DNA of 64,000 nucleotides from contig CACCAS010000001.1 in assembly GCA_902544065.1 (NCBI GenBank), positions 151,088 to 215,087 on the forward strand. Direction: 5' to 3'. Origin of the DNA: an uncultured Pelagibacteraceae bacterium. Its GTDB lineage: Bacteria; Pseudomonadota; Alphaproteobacteria; Pelagibacterales; AG-422-B15. Shown piece after piece: positions 1 through 10,207 of the stretch; position 1 is the stretch's first letter; each line of letters starts with the position of its first letter. Both the position numbers and the translations under genes were made by a program. The notes under the pieces are model-generated. The model was not told where the DNA came from and made no database searches. It saw only the letters and a list, made by a program, of their open reading frames with translations.

Positions 1-1
1 T

Positions 2-1396
2 AATGGTTCATACGGAGAAATTCCAATTTTTATTAATTTAGAGAACAGAACAGCAATTTACGCAAGTGAGGACTGTGCAAATGATCCTTCGAACACTTTT
101 ACAACTAATGGTAGTGGAAGAACGAATGCAAATTCTAATGCCATAAGCTGTGACGTGACTTCACTTTTGACTTGGGACGGAGCATCAAATATCAACGTTA
201 CTGGAACCTATCCAAATCACAATACAAATTTTGATGCTAACTCAGATATTGTGGGAGGATGGTTCACGTTCACGGCTGTAAGTGGTAGCAATCAACTTAC
301 AGGTGCATTAACCTCAAAAACAAGCATCAACGCTCGGCCTGAATTAAACAATTCTTCATCTGGAGGTCACAATTTTGCAAACGATCTTTATCTAAAGTGT
401 TATGGCAGTCATTGTGCTTTCCCAACAACAGATGGCACATCTTTGAGCACTACTGGCTATAGCTATGATCAGTTCGTAAACCGTGTTGTAGGTGATGCCC
501 AAGGTGTAAGGACTGGGTCAAATACTGATTTGTATATAGGACCATCATCGGATGCCGATTCTACACGTCAAGGAACGGATGATGACGATTTGGTCTACTT
601 TAAATTTGAGAGAGATAATATGACCTTATACAGATGTTCAGGATTTGATATCGCAACTTCAACATGTACGAATGAAGCAACACAACTTTATCCTGTCATT
701 TGTGATCCTGCAGACGCGTCCTGTCTCACACCTGATTATAGTGCCGAGCGTCGTATGTGGCAAGGTAACTTAGTGCCTTTCGATGAAACAATTGCTACAT
801 GGGGAGATATGGAGACTGCAACAACATATTCTTGGAATACGTCGAATCATGCTCGAAATGATAAAGGCGCTTATGCTGTAGATAGCACAAATGATTTTGT
901 TAACATTGAAAGGCCTTTAGAGTTTCGTTATCAACATACATCTGATAACTACAGAAATGCCACTGACACAGCGCCAGACTCTGATTACTTCTCAATAAAA
1001 TACGAAGGCCCAGGGGAGCTGCACGGTTGGCACTGGACTCAACAGAATATTGATGGTGACTGGGATTACTATCCTGAAATAACGATTGCAGATGGAACGA
1101 CGGTTGATACTGATAGTGTTGCTGGTGATGATCATGCAATACTTGCAACACAAGTAAAATTATTGCCACCAACTGCAGTAGCTTCATCAATATGTCTTGA
1201 TAGAGGGTTAACAGTTACAGCTGATGCGACAACACTCCCAACCATGACTGGCGAAAATGATATAAATACTCTAATAACTCATAACTTTACTCAACTAACA
1301 GATGGAACATATACATTTGTCTCTGATAGTCCTTGTATGATTGAAGGAGTTCGTCAAGAAGTTATTGAAGATGGTGTGGATGTCTGTGCTCCATAA
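2..1396 (+). CDS. C-terminal 464 aa of a larger hypothetical extracellular-type protein (5' end outside window)
   Basis: The frame has no stop codon between nt 2 and the GTG at 155 used by the ORF track, so the gene starts left of the window. The product is Thr/Asp/Asn/Gly/Cys-rich with no TM segment and no family motif I recognise. By eye it is less AT-rich than the neighbouring gsp genes. Confidence 0.55.
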   Translation, partial: NGSYGEIPIFINLENRTAIYASEDCANDPSNTFTTNGSGRTNANSNAISCDVTSLLTWDGASNINVTGTYPNHNTNFDANSDIVGGWFTFTAVSGSNQLTGALTSKTSINARPELNNSSSGGHNFANDLYLKCYGSHCAFPTTDGTSLSTTGYSYDQFVNRVVGDAQGVRTGSNTDLYIGPSSDADSTRQGTDDDDLVYFKFERDNMTLYRCSGFDIATSTCTNEATQLYPVICDPADASCLTPDYSAERRMWQGNLVPFDETIATWGDMETATTYSWNTSNHARNDKGAYAVDSTNDFVNIERPLEFRYQHTSDNYRNATDTAPDSDYFSIKYEGPGELHGWHWTQQNIDGDWDYYPEITIADGTTVDTDSVAGDDHAILATQVKLLPPTAVASSICLDRGLTVTADATTLPTMTGENDINTLITHNFTQLTDGTYTFVSDSPCMIEGVRQEVIEDGVDVCAP

Positions 1397-1405
1397 GGAG
1401 CAGAG
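1384..1405. terminator. Hairpin between convergent genes (possible bidirectional terminator)
   Basis: ctgtgctcc-ataa-ggagcagag pairs at 8 of 9 positions. It spans the stop of the plus-strand ORF and abuts the stop of the minus-strand gspM-like gene. There is no clear U-tract. Confidence 0.3.
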
Positions 1406-1876
1406 CTAATAGATAAGTTTTAAGGTGTAAATATTAAGACTATCAACTACGTTCAGCGTAAATGTATGAATGAGCAATCCGTGGTTATTGTATAAAAGTT
1501 GAATAGCATTAGTCAGTTGTACAATGTTTTCAACTTGACCCTCAATTTCAATAAGATCTTTATTTTCTTTAATGGCGTAGTTATCAAAATCTATTAGTTT
1601 CAGACTATTTTCAATATCAGATGTTGTTGACTTATCCTTTATGTAGTGCATCCATTTTCCTGGGTATGTTGAATCAAAGTCGGCAATAATTTCTAAGGAA
1701 TTATTCATACCCTCGATTTCATTAATTATTTTTTTGCTATAGTTCTGATTAATTATATTTAGAATGATCATGATCAATGAGAACAATATTAGTAAAGATG
1801 AAATGATGAGCAATGTTTTTGTCAATACATTATTTTCTGACCATGCTACTTGTATTATTTTTTGTAGATTATGCAT
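1406..1876 (-). CDS. gspM: T2SS inner-membrane component GspM-like
   Basis: 156 aa with a single N-terminal TM (LLIISSLLILFSLIMIILNII). It is the last gene of the gsp operon and overlaps gspL by 8 nt. The call rests mainly on size, topology and synteny. Confidence 0.45.
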   Translation of the reverse strand: MHNLQKIIQVAWSENNVLTKTLLIISSLLILFSLIMIILNIINQNYSKKIINEIEGMNNSLEIIADFDSTYPGKWMHYIKDKSTTSDIENSLKLIDFDNYAIKENKDLIEIEGQVENIVQLTNAIQLLYNNHGLLIHTFTLNVVDSLNIYTLKLIY

Positions 1877-3077
1877 TGATATATGTAAAAGACAAATTAA
1901 TCATGATTTTTTCACCATCAGTGTTTTCAATTGAGTTTATAGTAAAAGAAAAAGTTTTGTTTTCTTGGATTGCAATATTCAGTTGTTTTAAAACTTGATC
2001 ATTTTGAGCAAATAATGTCATATTCATTTCTTGTTCGTTTAAACTTATTGTTTTAAGTTTGAGTTTAGGCTGAGCAAAAATATTTCCTAATTCATTAAGA
2101 GTTTTAATTAAATTCACTTTTGGCAGACTATTGTTATAAGATATTTCAGAAATAACTCTATCTAAATCATCTAACTGATCCTCTGAGTCAATGTCCATAA
2201 ATACGGAACTGAGAATATTTGCGTATCTTAATTCTATTTGAGACGCGAACTTTGATGTATTGGAATACTGGAAGAGTAACATAATTGAAAGCAATGAAGA
2301 CATTACAAGCAAATTGATAGATTTCCAGTTAGAACGATATGAATAGCTTATATTTTGATTTGAGTGAGAAAGTTTGGAAATATCCAATTGGTTACTATCC
2401 AGAGATATGGCTTTTATTAAATAACTCATGACATGTTTGCACTCTTGAGCAGCATCAACACATGACTTAAGACGCAACTGTAATTTATTTATTTTATCCT
2501 TAGAATGATCAGCATATAAACCATATGACCATTGTATCCTCTCAGGTTTTTGTTCTCGTTTGAGAAGAACTTTCATGTCTCTTTCTAAATTATCATTAGT
2601 AGATTGTAATACCTTTCCATCAAAATATATTTCTATCTCATCTTCTTGATAAGCTAAATACCATATTTGCTGATTTGACTCATACAAGTCCTTTTCAAGT
2701 ATGATTTTATTGTACTTAAGATTTAGTTCGTTTTGTATAAAGTTTAGAGTATCTAAAACAATATTAGAAATCACAACAAATGGAATTTTATTATGCTTGT
2801 GTGGTTGAACTATAATTCTTTGACTTTTGTTATCAATTTTTTGCTCGATAATATTCTTTGCATTGTTGATGAAAATGGATTTATTTTTTGAGGGTATTTC
2901 CAATTTGTCACGATATGCAGCAAATTTTGAGAGAACAAAAGTTATTTTACCTTTATCTATAGAGTTTCTGACCAACTCACCAATATTATTACAATTATAT
3001 TCATATTTTGATTTCTCACTTTTTTTTATGGATACACATTTATCAATCTCAGGGTTGATAATAATAATTTCTGTCAT
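1869..3077 (-). CDS. gspL: T2SS assembly protein GspL-like
   Basis: 402 aa with a cytoplasmic N-domain, one central TM (INLLVMSSLLSIMLLF) and a periplasmic C-domain. It sits between gspK and gspM and is translationally coupled (4-nt overlap with gspK). Confidence 0.5.
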   Translation of the reverse strand: MTEIIIINPEIDKCVSIKKSEKSKYEYNCNNIGELVRNSIDKGKITFVLSKFAAYRDKLEIPSKNKSIFINNAKNIIEQKIDNKSQRIIVQPHKHNKIPFVVISNIVLDTLNFIQNELNLKYNKIILEKDLYESNQQIWYLAYQEDEIEIYFDGKVLQSTNDNLERDMKVLLKREQKPERIQWSYGLYADHSKDKINKLQLRLKSCVDAAQECKHVMSYLIKAISLDSNQLDISKLSHSNQNISYSYRSNWKSINLLVMSSLLSIMLLFQYSNTSKFASQIELRYANILSSVFMDIDSEDQLDDLDRVISEISYNNSLPKVNLIKTLNELGNIFAQPKLKLKTISLNEQEMNMTLFAQNDQVLKQLNIAIQENKTFSFTINSIENTDGEKIMINLSFTYINA

Positions 3078-4075
3078 TTAATTCGGTCTATTTTCTTTAC
3101 AATTCTATTATACTTTTTAGATCTTTCTTCGTCTTTATTTAAATTAATTGAGGTTCTAAAGTCAATAAATGAATTTTTGTAAATAATTTTTGCTTCAAGC
3201 AAGTAGTCATTGCTCTTAGTTGTCACAAGTGATGATATCCGATTAATAGTAATAGTGTCTAATCTTAATTCTTGAAGAAGAAATATTTTAAAATCGTCTA
3301 TACTCTTAAATGGCTGTTCATTTGCTCGTCTACTTATAAGAGATGCGAAAGTTGGACCAATTATAGCATGTAAAGATCTAATTACATTTTCTTCTGCAGT
3401 ATTAATATTAATTAAACTTCCATATGGAATAGCCGTTACATAAGGCTTCATTTTTTTTACAGTTTCAGCGTCAAATCCTCTAATCAAACGTAATTCATCA
3501 AGGTTATGTATTAAATTATTTGCAGCTCTATAAGGTGGAGTTTTTTGTAAATAAAATTGATCTTCAGCCCCTGAGGTTGAATAAATATTATCATTTTTAT
3601 CAATCCAATCAATGAGTGCATATACTTTATCGCTCTCGATATTAAGTATTTCAAATAAACGAAAAAAATTTTCCAAATAAACATAGTTTATATCGGTCAA
3701 GCTTTGATTACTGTTTGGCTGATTCTGTATAACTAAATTATTTAAATTAAGTTTTGCATTACGGTCAAGTAATTTTGAATTTAATATATATGGACCCAAT
3801 GAGAAGTTTGATACAGGAACATTCCAAGTTTGATGTTTGTGTGAATATCCTGGGTCCAGAACACTATCTTGGTTTAAAATATTCATCGCAAAATCTTCAA
3901 CAGATTGTATTTGAAGCAACATTTTTGAATTGTTTTCGTATCTTTGTGTTAAGAATAAGCTTTCCTGATTTGTATCAATAACCACTGCAACTAAAGTTGA
4001 TATAACACCAAGCAATATAAGTACGGCAAATATTGCTGATCCTTGATAGGATTTATAATATGATAATCCGTTCAT
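3074..4075 (-). CDS. gspK: T2SS minor pseudopilin GspK
   Basis: 333 aa with an N-terminal hydrophobic pseudopilin segment (GSAIFAVLILLGVISTLVAVV). GspK-like motifs are present (KLNLNNL, ININTAEENVIRSL). It follows gspJ in the operon. Confidence 0.7.
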   Translation of the reverse strand: MNGLSYYKSYQGSAIFAVLILLGVISTLVAVVIDTNQESLFLTQRYENNSKMLLQIQSVEDFAMNILNQDSVLDPGYSHKHQTWNVPVSNFSLGPYILNSKLLDRNAKLNLNNLVIQNQPNSNQSLTDINYVYLENFFRLFEILNIESDKVYALIDWIDKNDNIYSTSGAEDQFYLQKTPPYRAANNLIHNLDELRLIRGFDAETVKKMKPYVTAIPYGSLININTAEENVIRSLHAIIGPTFASLISRRANEQPFKSIDDFKIFLLQELRLDTITINRISSLVTTKSNDYLLEAKIIYKNSFIDFRTSINLNKDEERSKKYNRIVKKIDRIK

Positions 4076-4742
4076 AAATTCCTAATCTTGAATGTTTAAT
4101 AATTATTTTGAAAGCAAAGGGCAAGACATCTTTGCGCGTGTTTGATCTAGTCGATAATGCTTGGTATCTTAAAATGTCATCTCTACTTATGCTTCTATTT
4201 TGCTCGTTTCCTCCCTTATTTGTTGTCAAACTACTTGTTTCTATTGGCCAATATTCATTCCATTGTCCGTTCACGCCTGCTGCTAGAATTTTAATCTGAT
4301 CAATCTTTGGGTCAAAAGAATGTATTTGATAGGAACTATTTTGGACACGATCAAGGACATTCCATATTCTTCTCTCAAATTTACCTTTATCGTGCGTATA
4401 CCAAACCCTAATTAGCTTAGTCTCATCTAATAAACTATCGTGAAACGACCTAGTAAAACTCAATTGAGAGTAATTATCATTAGTTAATAGAAGTGCTGGT
4501 TCAAATTCACCTAACTCATCTCTTATTGGTCGAATGAATACTGAGGATAAGTCATGCTCGATTGTGGATAACATTGTAATTATAGTTTTTTGATCACTAT
4601 GATTGTCCTTATTAGAAAGTATAGTTAAGTTGAGTGTACTGATCGAAAAAAAAATTATTCCTAAAATTATACCAAGTATTAACGTACTAACGATAACTTC
4701 AATAAGTGTAAACCCACTTTGTGATTTATTTAATGATGCCAT
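4053..4742 (-). CDS. gspJ: T2SS minor pseudopilin GspJ
   Basis: Class III signal SQSG|FTLIEVIVSTLILGIILG, 229 aa, located between gspI and gspK. Confidence 0.7.
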   Translation of the reverse strand: MASLNKSQSGFTLIEVIVSTLILGIILGIIFFSISTLNLTILSNKDNHSDQKTIITMLSTIEHDLSSVFIRPIRDELGEFEPALLLTNDNYSQLSFTRSFHDSLLDETKLIRVWYTHDKGKFERRIWNVLDRVQNSSYQIHSFDPKIDQIKILAAGVNGQWNEYWPIETSSLTTNKGGNEQNRSISRDDILRYQALSTRSNTRKDVLPFAFKIIIKHSRLGIYERIIIL

Positions 4743-5115
4743 AAAAGTATAAATCTGTTTGAGACTTTTTACCGTTAAACTGGTCGTCTGGAAAAATGTT
4801 TAACTCAAATTGATGAATATTGTTTAAAATAGTTGGCTGAAAACTCGATTGCCACTTATATTTTTTATTATTAATGTTTGCTTCACCCTCTAAAAAATTA
4901 ATATTTTCTGCTTTATAAAAAATATATAATTGAGAATAAGAGTTTACTTTGAGATGGTGTTTATCAAAATTTTCCTTGTTGGAAACTAAATTACTTGACT
5001 GTGATTGTATCAAGTAAAAAGTTGAGCCCATTATGATGCCTACAATTGCCATAGCTATAATGGTCTCAACTAAACTAAAACCAAAATTATTTTTTTTCTG
5101 CATATTGAAGACCAT
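4726..5115 (-). CDS. gspI: T2SS minor pseudopilin GspI
   Basis: Class III signal NNFG|FSLVETIIAMAIVGIIMG, 129 aa, consistent operon position. Confidence 0.65.
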   Translation of the reverse strand: MVFNMQKKNNFGFSLVETIIAMAIVGIIMGSTFYLIQSQSSNLVSNKENFDKHHLKVNSYSQLYIFYKAENINFLEGEANINNKKYKWQSSFQPTILNNIHQFELNIFPDDQFNGKKSQTDLYFYGIIK

Positions 5116-5518
5116 TTAAATTTACAATGCCTTCATGAAGTTCTTTCTTATAAGTGAAGGTTACTTGTATATTTTTTATCAGATTTATTTGATCAATAAA
5201 GATCACACTGTCTTGTTTTTTAGAGTTAAATTTTAAATTACTAATATTGGTTAGTTTTATTCGTTTATTATTACTATTTGAAATTAACTGATATCCATCA
5301 ACATGAATTTTAATAGTTTCACCTGTAATAATTGAATGATCAACTTGATCGTCGATGAATTTTTTTAAAGAATTAAGATTATCCTTATTGTTATCTAAGT
5401 ATATATTATTAAATCCTGAAATAGTAAACGAAGCCATTACTCCAATTATGACCAGTACAACTAAAGTTTCTATTAATGTAAAACCATTTTTTTTTGATTT
5501 TACTCGTTCAAATTCCAA
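5087..5518 (-). CDS. gspH: T2SS minor pseudopilin GspH
   Basis: Class III signal KKNG|FTLIETLVVLVIIGVMA, 143 aa, immediately downstream of gspG. Confidence 0.7.
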   Translation of the reverse strand: MEFERVKSKKNGFTLIETLVVLVIIGVMASFTISGFNNIYLDNNKDNLNSLKKFIDDQVDHSIITGETIKIHVDGYQLISNSNNKRIKLTNISNLKFNSKKQDSVIFIDQINLIKNIQVTFTYKKELHEGIVNLNGLQYAEKK

Positions 5519-5910
5519 TTGCCTATATCCTTATCTATACCACTTCCACCTGGTGCCTGATCTGCGCCAAATGAATAAATATCAATTTTATTATTTCTTC
5601 CTGGATTATCATATTGATAGGCATGGCTCCAAGGATCAAGAGGAAGTCTCTTTAAATAGGTATTTTCTTCTTTGCTAATAAGAATTTTTAATCCCTCACT
5701 ATTTGATGGGTATCTGCCGTTGTCAAGCTTGTATAAATCCAGGGCTCCTTCTAAAGCCATAATATCATTTTTTACCTTAGTTAATCTTGCTTCATCAGGA
5801 CGATTTATAACTGATGGAATAACAAATGAAGCCATAATAGCGATTATGATTAGAACAACCATAATTTCAATAAGTGTAAATGCTTGATTTACTTTTCTGC
5901 GGATCATCAT
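5500..5910 (-). CDS. gspG: T2SS major pseudopilin GspG
   Basis: 136 aa with FTLIEIMVVLIIIAIMASFVIPSV..RPDEARLTKVKNDIMALEGALDLYKLDNGRYP and PLDPW..Y, which are classic GspG motifs. The residue before the cleavage site is Ala (NQA|F), not Gly. Confidence 0.9.
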   Translation of the reverse strand: MMIRRKVNQAFTLIEIMVVLIIIAIMASFVIPSVINRPDEARLTKVKNDIMALEGALDLYKLDNGRYPSNSEGLKILISKEENTYLKRLPLDPWSHAYQYDNPGRNNKIDIYSFGADQAPGGSGIDKDIGNWNLNE

Positions 5911-7106
5911 ACTATCTCATTTAAAGTTAAAATAGGTGATAGTATCCCAAAAGCTATAGTAGCTACAACAACTCCAATAATAATAATTACAGATGGCTCG
6001 ATTAATTTACTTATTCGTTCAATACTATTTTCTACTTCTGTATTTAATTGGTTTGATAGCTTGTCAAATACCCTGATAAGTTGATTTGACTCCTCACCAG
6101 CTGAAATCATCGTTAGAGAGTATGCGGGAAATATTTTTACTAATTTAAGTTCTTTTGAAAGACTACTTCCTTTTCTAATTTCCTCAGGAATATGTTTTAA
6201 CTTATTCTTAATCGAAAAATTTGATAGTGAACTAATTGATAAATCAATTGCATGATCAATCTGTAAACCAGATAATAAATTAATGCTCATTTGGCGGCAG
6301 AATAGTACATAATTTCCATTTATTATTAATTTATTCAAATAAGGTATTTTTAGAGAAATTTGAGAGAGTTTACTTTTTATAATTTCATTACTTTTTAAGC
6401 ATGCTAATGCTAGAACAGTAAGAGTAAAACCTATTAACGTTTCAAGTCCATAATTATCAATAAAATTTGAAATTTTAAATAAAAAAAATGTAATTGTTGG
6501 TAGACTCGTATCTGTATTTTGGAAAGTTTGAGCAAACTGAGGAACGACCTGTGTTAATATTATATTTAAAACTATAATCGTAACTAAGAGTAAGAAAAAA
6601 GGATAAATGAGTGCGTTTATTATTTTTTGTCTAAGCATTGTCTTTGTACTCAAAAGTAAATTCATTTCTTTTAAAACAGTTAATAGTTTACCGCTAACTT
6701 CTGCAGCCTCTATCATTTTTATTAGCTCAACTTCGATCGATGGTTTTGATGCTCTCATTGAATTAGCAAGTGATTCACCTCGTCTTAAATTTTGAGAGAT
6801 ATTATTTAAAAACATTAGTATTTTTTTATCATTTTCAGTATCAATTAAATTTTCAATTACATTGCTGATGGTTATTCCTGTCTCCATCATAATTGAAAAA
6901 TTAGTAAAAAATTGAGATGTCTGTTTTAGAGATAAATCAGCCTTACTACTAAAAAAAGATTTAATATTTTTTTTTTCTTTTATTTTAAGAATAACTAATT
7001 TTTGTTGGTTTATAATATCTCTTGCTTCTTCTATGGTATTTGCTTCGACCATATCTTTAGTTATTGAGCCTGATGAGTTCATTGCATTGTAGAGAAACTT
7101 TCTCAT
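5907..7106 (-). CDS. gspF: T2SS inner-membrane platform protein GspF
   Basis: 399 aa, polytopic, with duplicated GspF/PilC-type cytoplasmic domains (AGEVSGKL.., AGEESNQL..). It lies between gspE and gspG. Confidence 0.9.
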   Translation of the reverse strand: MRKFLYNAMNSSGSITKDMVEANTIEEARDIINQQKLVILKIKEKKNIKSFFSSKADLSLKQTSQFFTNFSIMMETGITISNVIENLIDTENDKKILMFLNNISQNLRRGESLANSMRASKPSIEVELIKMIEAAEVSGKLLTVLKEMNLLLSTKTMLRQKIINALIYPFFLLLVTIIVLNIILTQVVPQFAQTFQNTDTSLPTITFFLFKISNFIDNYGLETLIGFTLTVLALACLKSNEIIKSKLSQISLKIPYLNKLIINGNYVLFCRQMSINLLSGLQIDHAIDLSISSLSNFSIKNKLKHIPEEIRKGSSLSKELKLVKIFPAYSLTMISAGEESNQLIRVFDKLSNQLNTEVENSIERISKLIEPSVIIIIGVVVATIAFGILSPILTLNEIV

Positions 7107-7112
7107 ATATCT

Positions 7113-8423
7113 CTATTTAATTTCTTTTTTTTCTCTTTTTATTTGAAGCGCATCATTTAAAGATACGTGGTTTTTTGGAAGGAACTTCTTTAATTGATTT
7201 TCTTCAGTACTTGCACTGATAGCATTCTTTAATTCATCATTCATTTCAATAATTTCAAATATTCCAGATCTTTCATCATCTTCATAGTTTTTTTCTAAGG
7301 TCTGACCAATTACACAAATGACACTTGAGGTTAACATTTTTCTATTAATACCAAGTTCATTGAGCCTATCAAACGCTCCAAGAGGAGAATTAGTATGCAT
7401 GGTTGTTAGTACAAGGTGTCCAGTTAAGCTTGCTCTTATAGCAATATCAGCAGTTTCTTCATCTCTAATTTCTCCAACTAGTATAACATCCGGATCTTGC
7501 CTTAAAATTGATCGCAACCCATTTGCAAAAGACAAATCTATTTTATTATTTACTTGGGTTTGACTAATACCATTGATTTTATACTCAATTGGATCCTCAA
7601 TTGTCATTATATTAATATGCTTTTGTTTTATTTTCTCTATAGCTGCGTATAAGGTTGTAGTTTTTCCTGATCCTGTAGGTCCTGTAACTAAAATAATTCC
7701 ATTTTTGTTTTTCAAATATTGTTCAACTTGACTGATATTTTTTTCAAGCATTCCTAGATCATTTAATAAAAGCCTTTGGTTTTTTTGGTCTAGCAATCTC
7801 AAGACAATCCTCTCACTTTCATAGGAAGGAAGCGTTGATATTCTCAAATCTATTTTACGAGTGCCAAGATTTATTGTTACTCTTCCGTCTTGGGGTTTTC
7901 TTTTTTCAGTAATATCTAGTCCACTTATAATCTTAATTCTTGTAAATAGTCTCGAAGCTAAGCTAGCTTGTAAGGAATAAATACTTTCAAATGATCCATG
8001 AATTCTCATTTTAACATGTAATTTGTTTTCAAAAATTTGGAGGTGAATATCAGATGCTTTTTTGCTTATGGCTTCTTTTAAAATTAAGTTAAAAAGTTTT
8101 ACAACCGGTGCGTCGTCATGTACGTCGAGAATATCTTCTTCATTTTCTATTTCTTTAATTACATCTGAAATTTTTAATTCATCTTCAACAGCATGTATTT
8201 CTGAAAGATCATTATTATTAATGAATTTTTCTTCCAGTATTAGTTTAAATTTTTCGCTCTTATACCACTCTATTCTATACGGTTTATTTAAATTCCATGA
8301 AATTTGCTCTAAGATTTTGAGATCGGCACTCTCGTCAGCTAAAATCTTAAGCTTTGTATCTGTATTCTCTACGATCATTTTATTTTCTTTAGAGAAATTG
8401 TAATTTGTATACATTTCTGACAT
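7113..8423 (-). CDS. gspE: T2SS secretion ATPase GspE
   Basis: Walker A VTGPTGSGKTTTLYA, Asp box and Walker B (ILVGEIRDEETA), His box (GHLVLTTMHTN). At 436 aa it is shorter than the pilB paralogue and lacks the C-terminal tetracysteine motif. Confidence 0.9.
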   Translation of the reverse strand: MSEMYTNYNFSKENKMIVENTDTKLKILADESADLKILEQISWNLNKPYRIEWYKSEKFKLILEEKFINNNDLSEIHAVEDELKISDVIKEIENEEDILDVHDDAPVVKLFNLILKEAISKKASDIHLQIFENKLHVKMRIHGSFESIYSLQASLASRLFTRIKIISGLDITEKRKPQDGRVTINLGTRKIDLRISTLPSYESERIVLRLLDQKNQRLLLNDLGMLEKNISQVEQYLKNKNGIILVTGPTGSGKTTTLYAAIEKIKQKHINIMTIEDPIEYKINGISQTQVNNKIDLSFANGLRSILRQDPDVILVGEIRDEETADIAIRASLTGHLVLTTMHTNSPLGAFDRLNELGINRKMLTSSVICVIGQTLEKNYEDDERSGIFEIIEMNDELKNAISASTEENQLKKFLPKNHVSLNDALQIKREKKEIK

Positions 8424-8425
8424 TG

Positions 8426-10207
8426 CTAATTTTCTAACTTAATATGATCTTCGATTTTTATTTTTGAAGATTTGGGTATTATGCTAAATCCTGACTCATT
8501 TCTATCTAATAAATCTTCTATTTGGGAATATTTACTATTAGTGAGAGCATCAACATTATTAGTCTTTGGATCATTTACTATAGTTGTCTTAATAAATATA
8601 ATTAAATTTCTTTTTTCCATGACTTGAGATTTATTTTTGAAAATGCCCCCTAAGATTGGGATATTTCCAAGTATTGGGATTTTATTTTCAATTTCAACCA
8701 TTTTCTCATCGATAAGTCCACCAATAACTATCAATTCTTGATCGTTTACAATAACATTTGTCTTAATAGATTTTTTACTTGTAACTGTATCATTTAGTGA
8801 TGCAACAGTAGGGTCTATACTTGAAACTTCTTGAAGAATATCTAATCTAATTCGATTATTATTACTTATTTGTGGCTTAATTCTGAGAGTAACACCAACA
8901 TCCTGCCTCTCTAAAGTTTGAAAAGCCGTATTATTGCTATCATTAAACTGTCCTGTTTTGAATGGTACGTTTCTTCCAACAATAATCTCAGCTTCTTCGT
9001 TATCTATAGTAATAAGGCTCGGTGTTGAGAGAATATCTGAAGTTGTATTGGTTGCTAGTAAATCAATTATGCCAACAATATCACTTACGGTATTTTCGGT
9101 AAATTGAAGTATATTTGTAGATCCTAATTTTAGGGTTGTACTTACATCACCGTTAATTGTTCCTGTTAAACTAGAAATACCAAGGGCCAGTGCATCACCA
9201 TCAGAAATATCTGCGACTATTGCTTCAACAAGTACTTGTTTTCTAGCTATATCTAATTTATTGATAATCTCCATCAACATTTTTTGAGTTCCAAGATCGC
9301 CCCTTATAATTAATGCATTTAAATTTGTATCAGCTTGTATTTTAGTAGTTGCAATATCACTGTTATCTGTATTTTGTTGTAACAGTGACCTCAAAGTTTC
9401 TGCAAGAGTTTGAGCTTGAGCGTTCTTTAAATAAACCACTTGAGTTTCGTTTGTTCTTTTATTTCTTTCTTCAATTGACTTAATTAAGTTTTTAATTTTT
9501 ATAGAGTCGCTTTTATGTGATTTAATTATTATTGAGTTAGTATTCTTATCAACCATAAATATTGGGACTGAAAAATTAATACCAATTTCTTTTTTTTCAT
9601 CAGAGAAAAAACGATCTAATACTTTTGCTACATCTATTGCATTTAGATTTTGAATTTCAATAATATCTGTTTCTGTTAAATTCGGTTCGTCAATTTTATT
9701 AATTATTCTTTTAACTTTATCAACATTTACTGCGTTAGATGTCACAATGAGTGAATTTTTTTTTACTAGTGGTACAAGGCTTGACTCGGCTGGAAGCAAT
9801 GGTTGGACTGAGCTTATAAAATCGCCAACTGGAATATTTTTTAACCTAAATAATTGAGTTACAATTTGATCATCAATATAATTATCATTATTAGACAAAA
9901 GTAATGATCCTTCACGCATAAGTTGATCCGGAACTATTTTTACAAGGTTATCTTGATCTTGCATTACGTACCCATATACTTTGAGAATTGAGTAAAGCAT
10001 TTTTTCAGCTTCATTAATGTCCATTTCCTCTGAGGAAATGACATTTACTTTTCCCACAACTCTTGAGTCTATAATATATGATTTTCCAACTAATAATGCA
10101 AAGGCCTCAATAACATCTTTCAATTCCGCATCTTTAAAATTAAAAGTAATTGCGTTTGCTTGTGTGCAAATTAATAAAAAAAAGAAAATTAAAAAAATTT
10201 TTTTCAT
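8426..10207 (-). CDS. gspD: T2SS outer-membrane secretin GspD
   Basis: 593 aa with a signal peptide (FFFLLICTQANA) and N-domain repeats. The secretin core is present (DVGVTLRIKPQIS, NKIPILGNIPILGGIFKNK). Confidence 0.9.
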   Translation of the reverse strand: MKKIFLIFFFLLICTQANAITFNFKDAELKDVIEAFALLVGKSYIIDSRVVGKVNVISSEEMDINEAEKMLYSILKVYGYVMQDQDNLVKIVPDQLMREGSLLLSNNDNYIDDQIVTQLFRLKNIPVGDFISSVQPLLPAESSLVPLVKKNSLIVTSNAVNVDKVKRIINKIDEPNLTETDIIEIQNLNAIDVAKVLDRFFSDEKKEIGINFSVPIFMVDKNTNSIIIKSHKSDSIKIKNLIKSIEERNKRTNETQVVYLKNAQAQTLAETLRSLLQQNTDNSDIATTKIQADTNLNALIIRGDLGTQKMLMEIINKLDIARKQVLVEAIVADISDGDALALGISSLTGTINGDVSTTLKLGSTNILQFTENTVSDIVGIIDLLATNTTSDILSTPSLITIDNEEAEIIVGRNVPFKTGQFNDSNNTAFQTLERQDVGVTLRIKPQISNNNRIRLDILQEVSSIDPTVASLNDTVTSKKSIKTNVIVNDQELIVIGGLIDEKMVEIENKIPILGNIPILGGIFKNKSQVMEKRNLIIFIKTTIVNDPKTNNVDALTNSKYSQIEDLLDRNESGFSIIPKSSKIKIEDHIKLEN

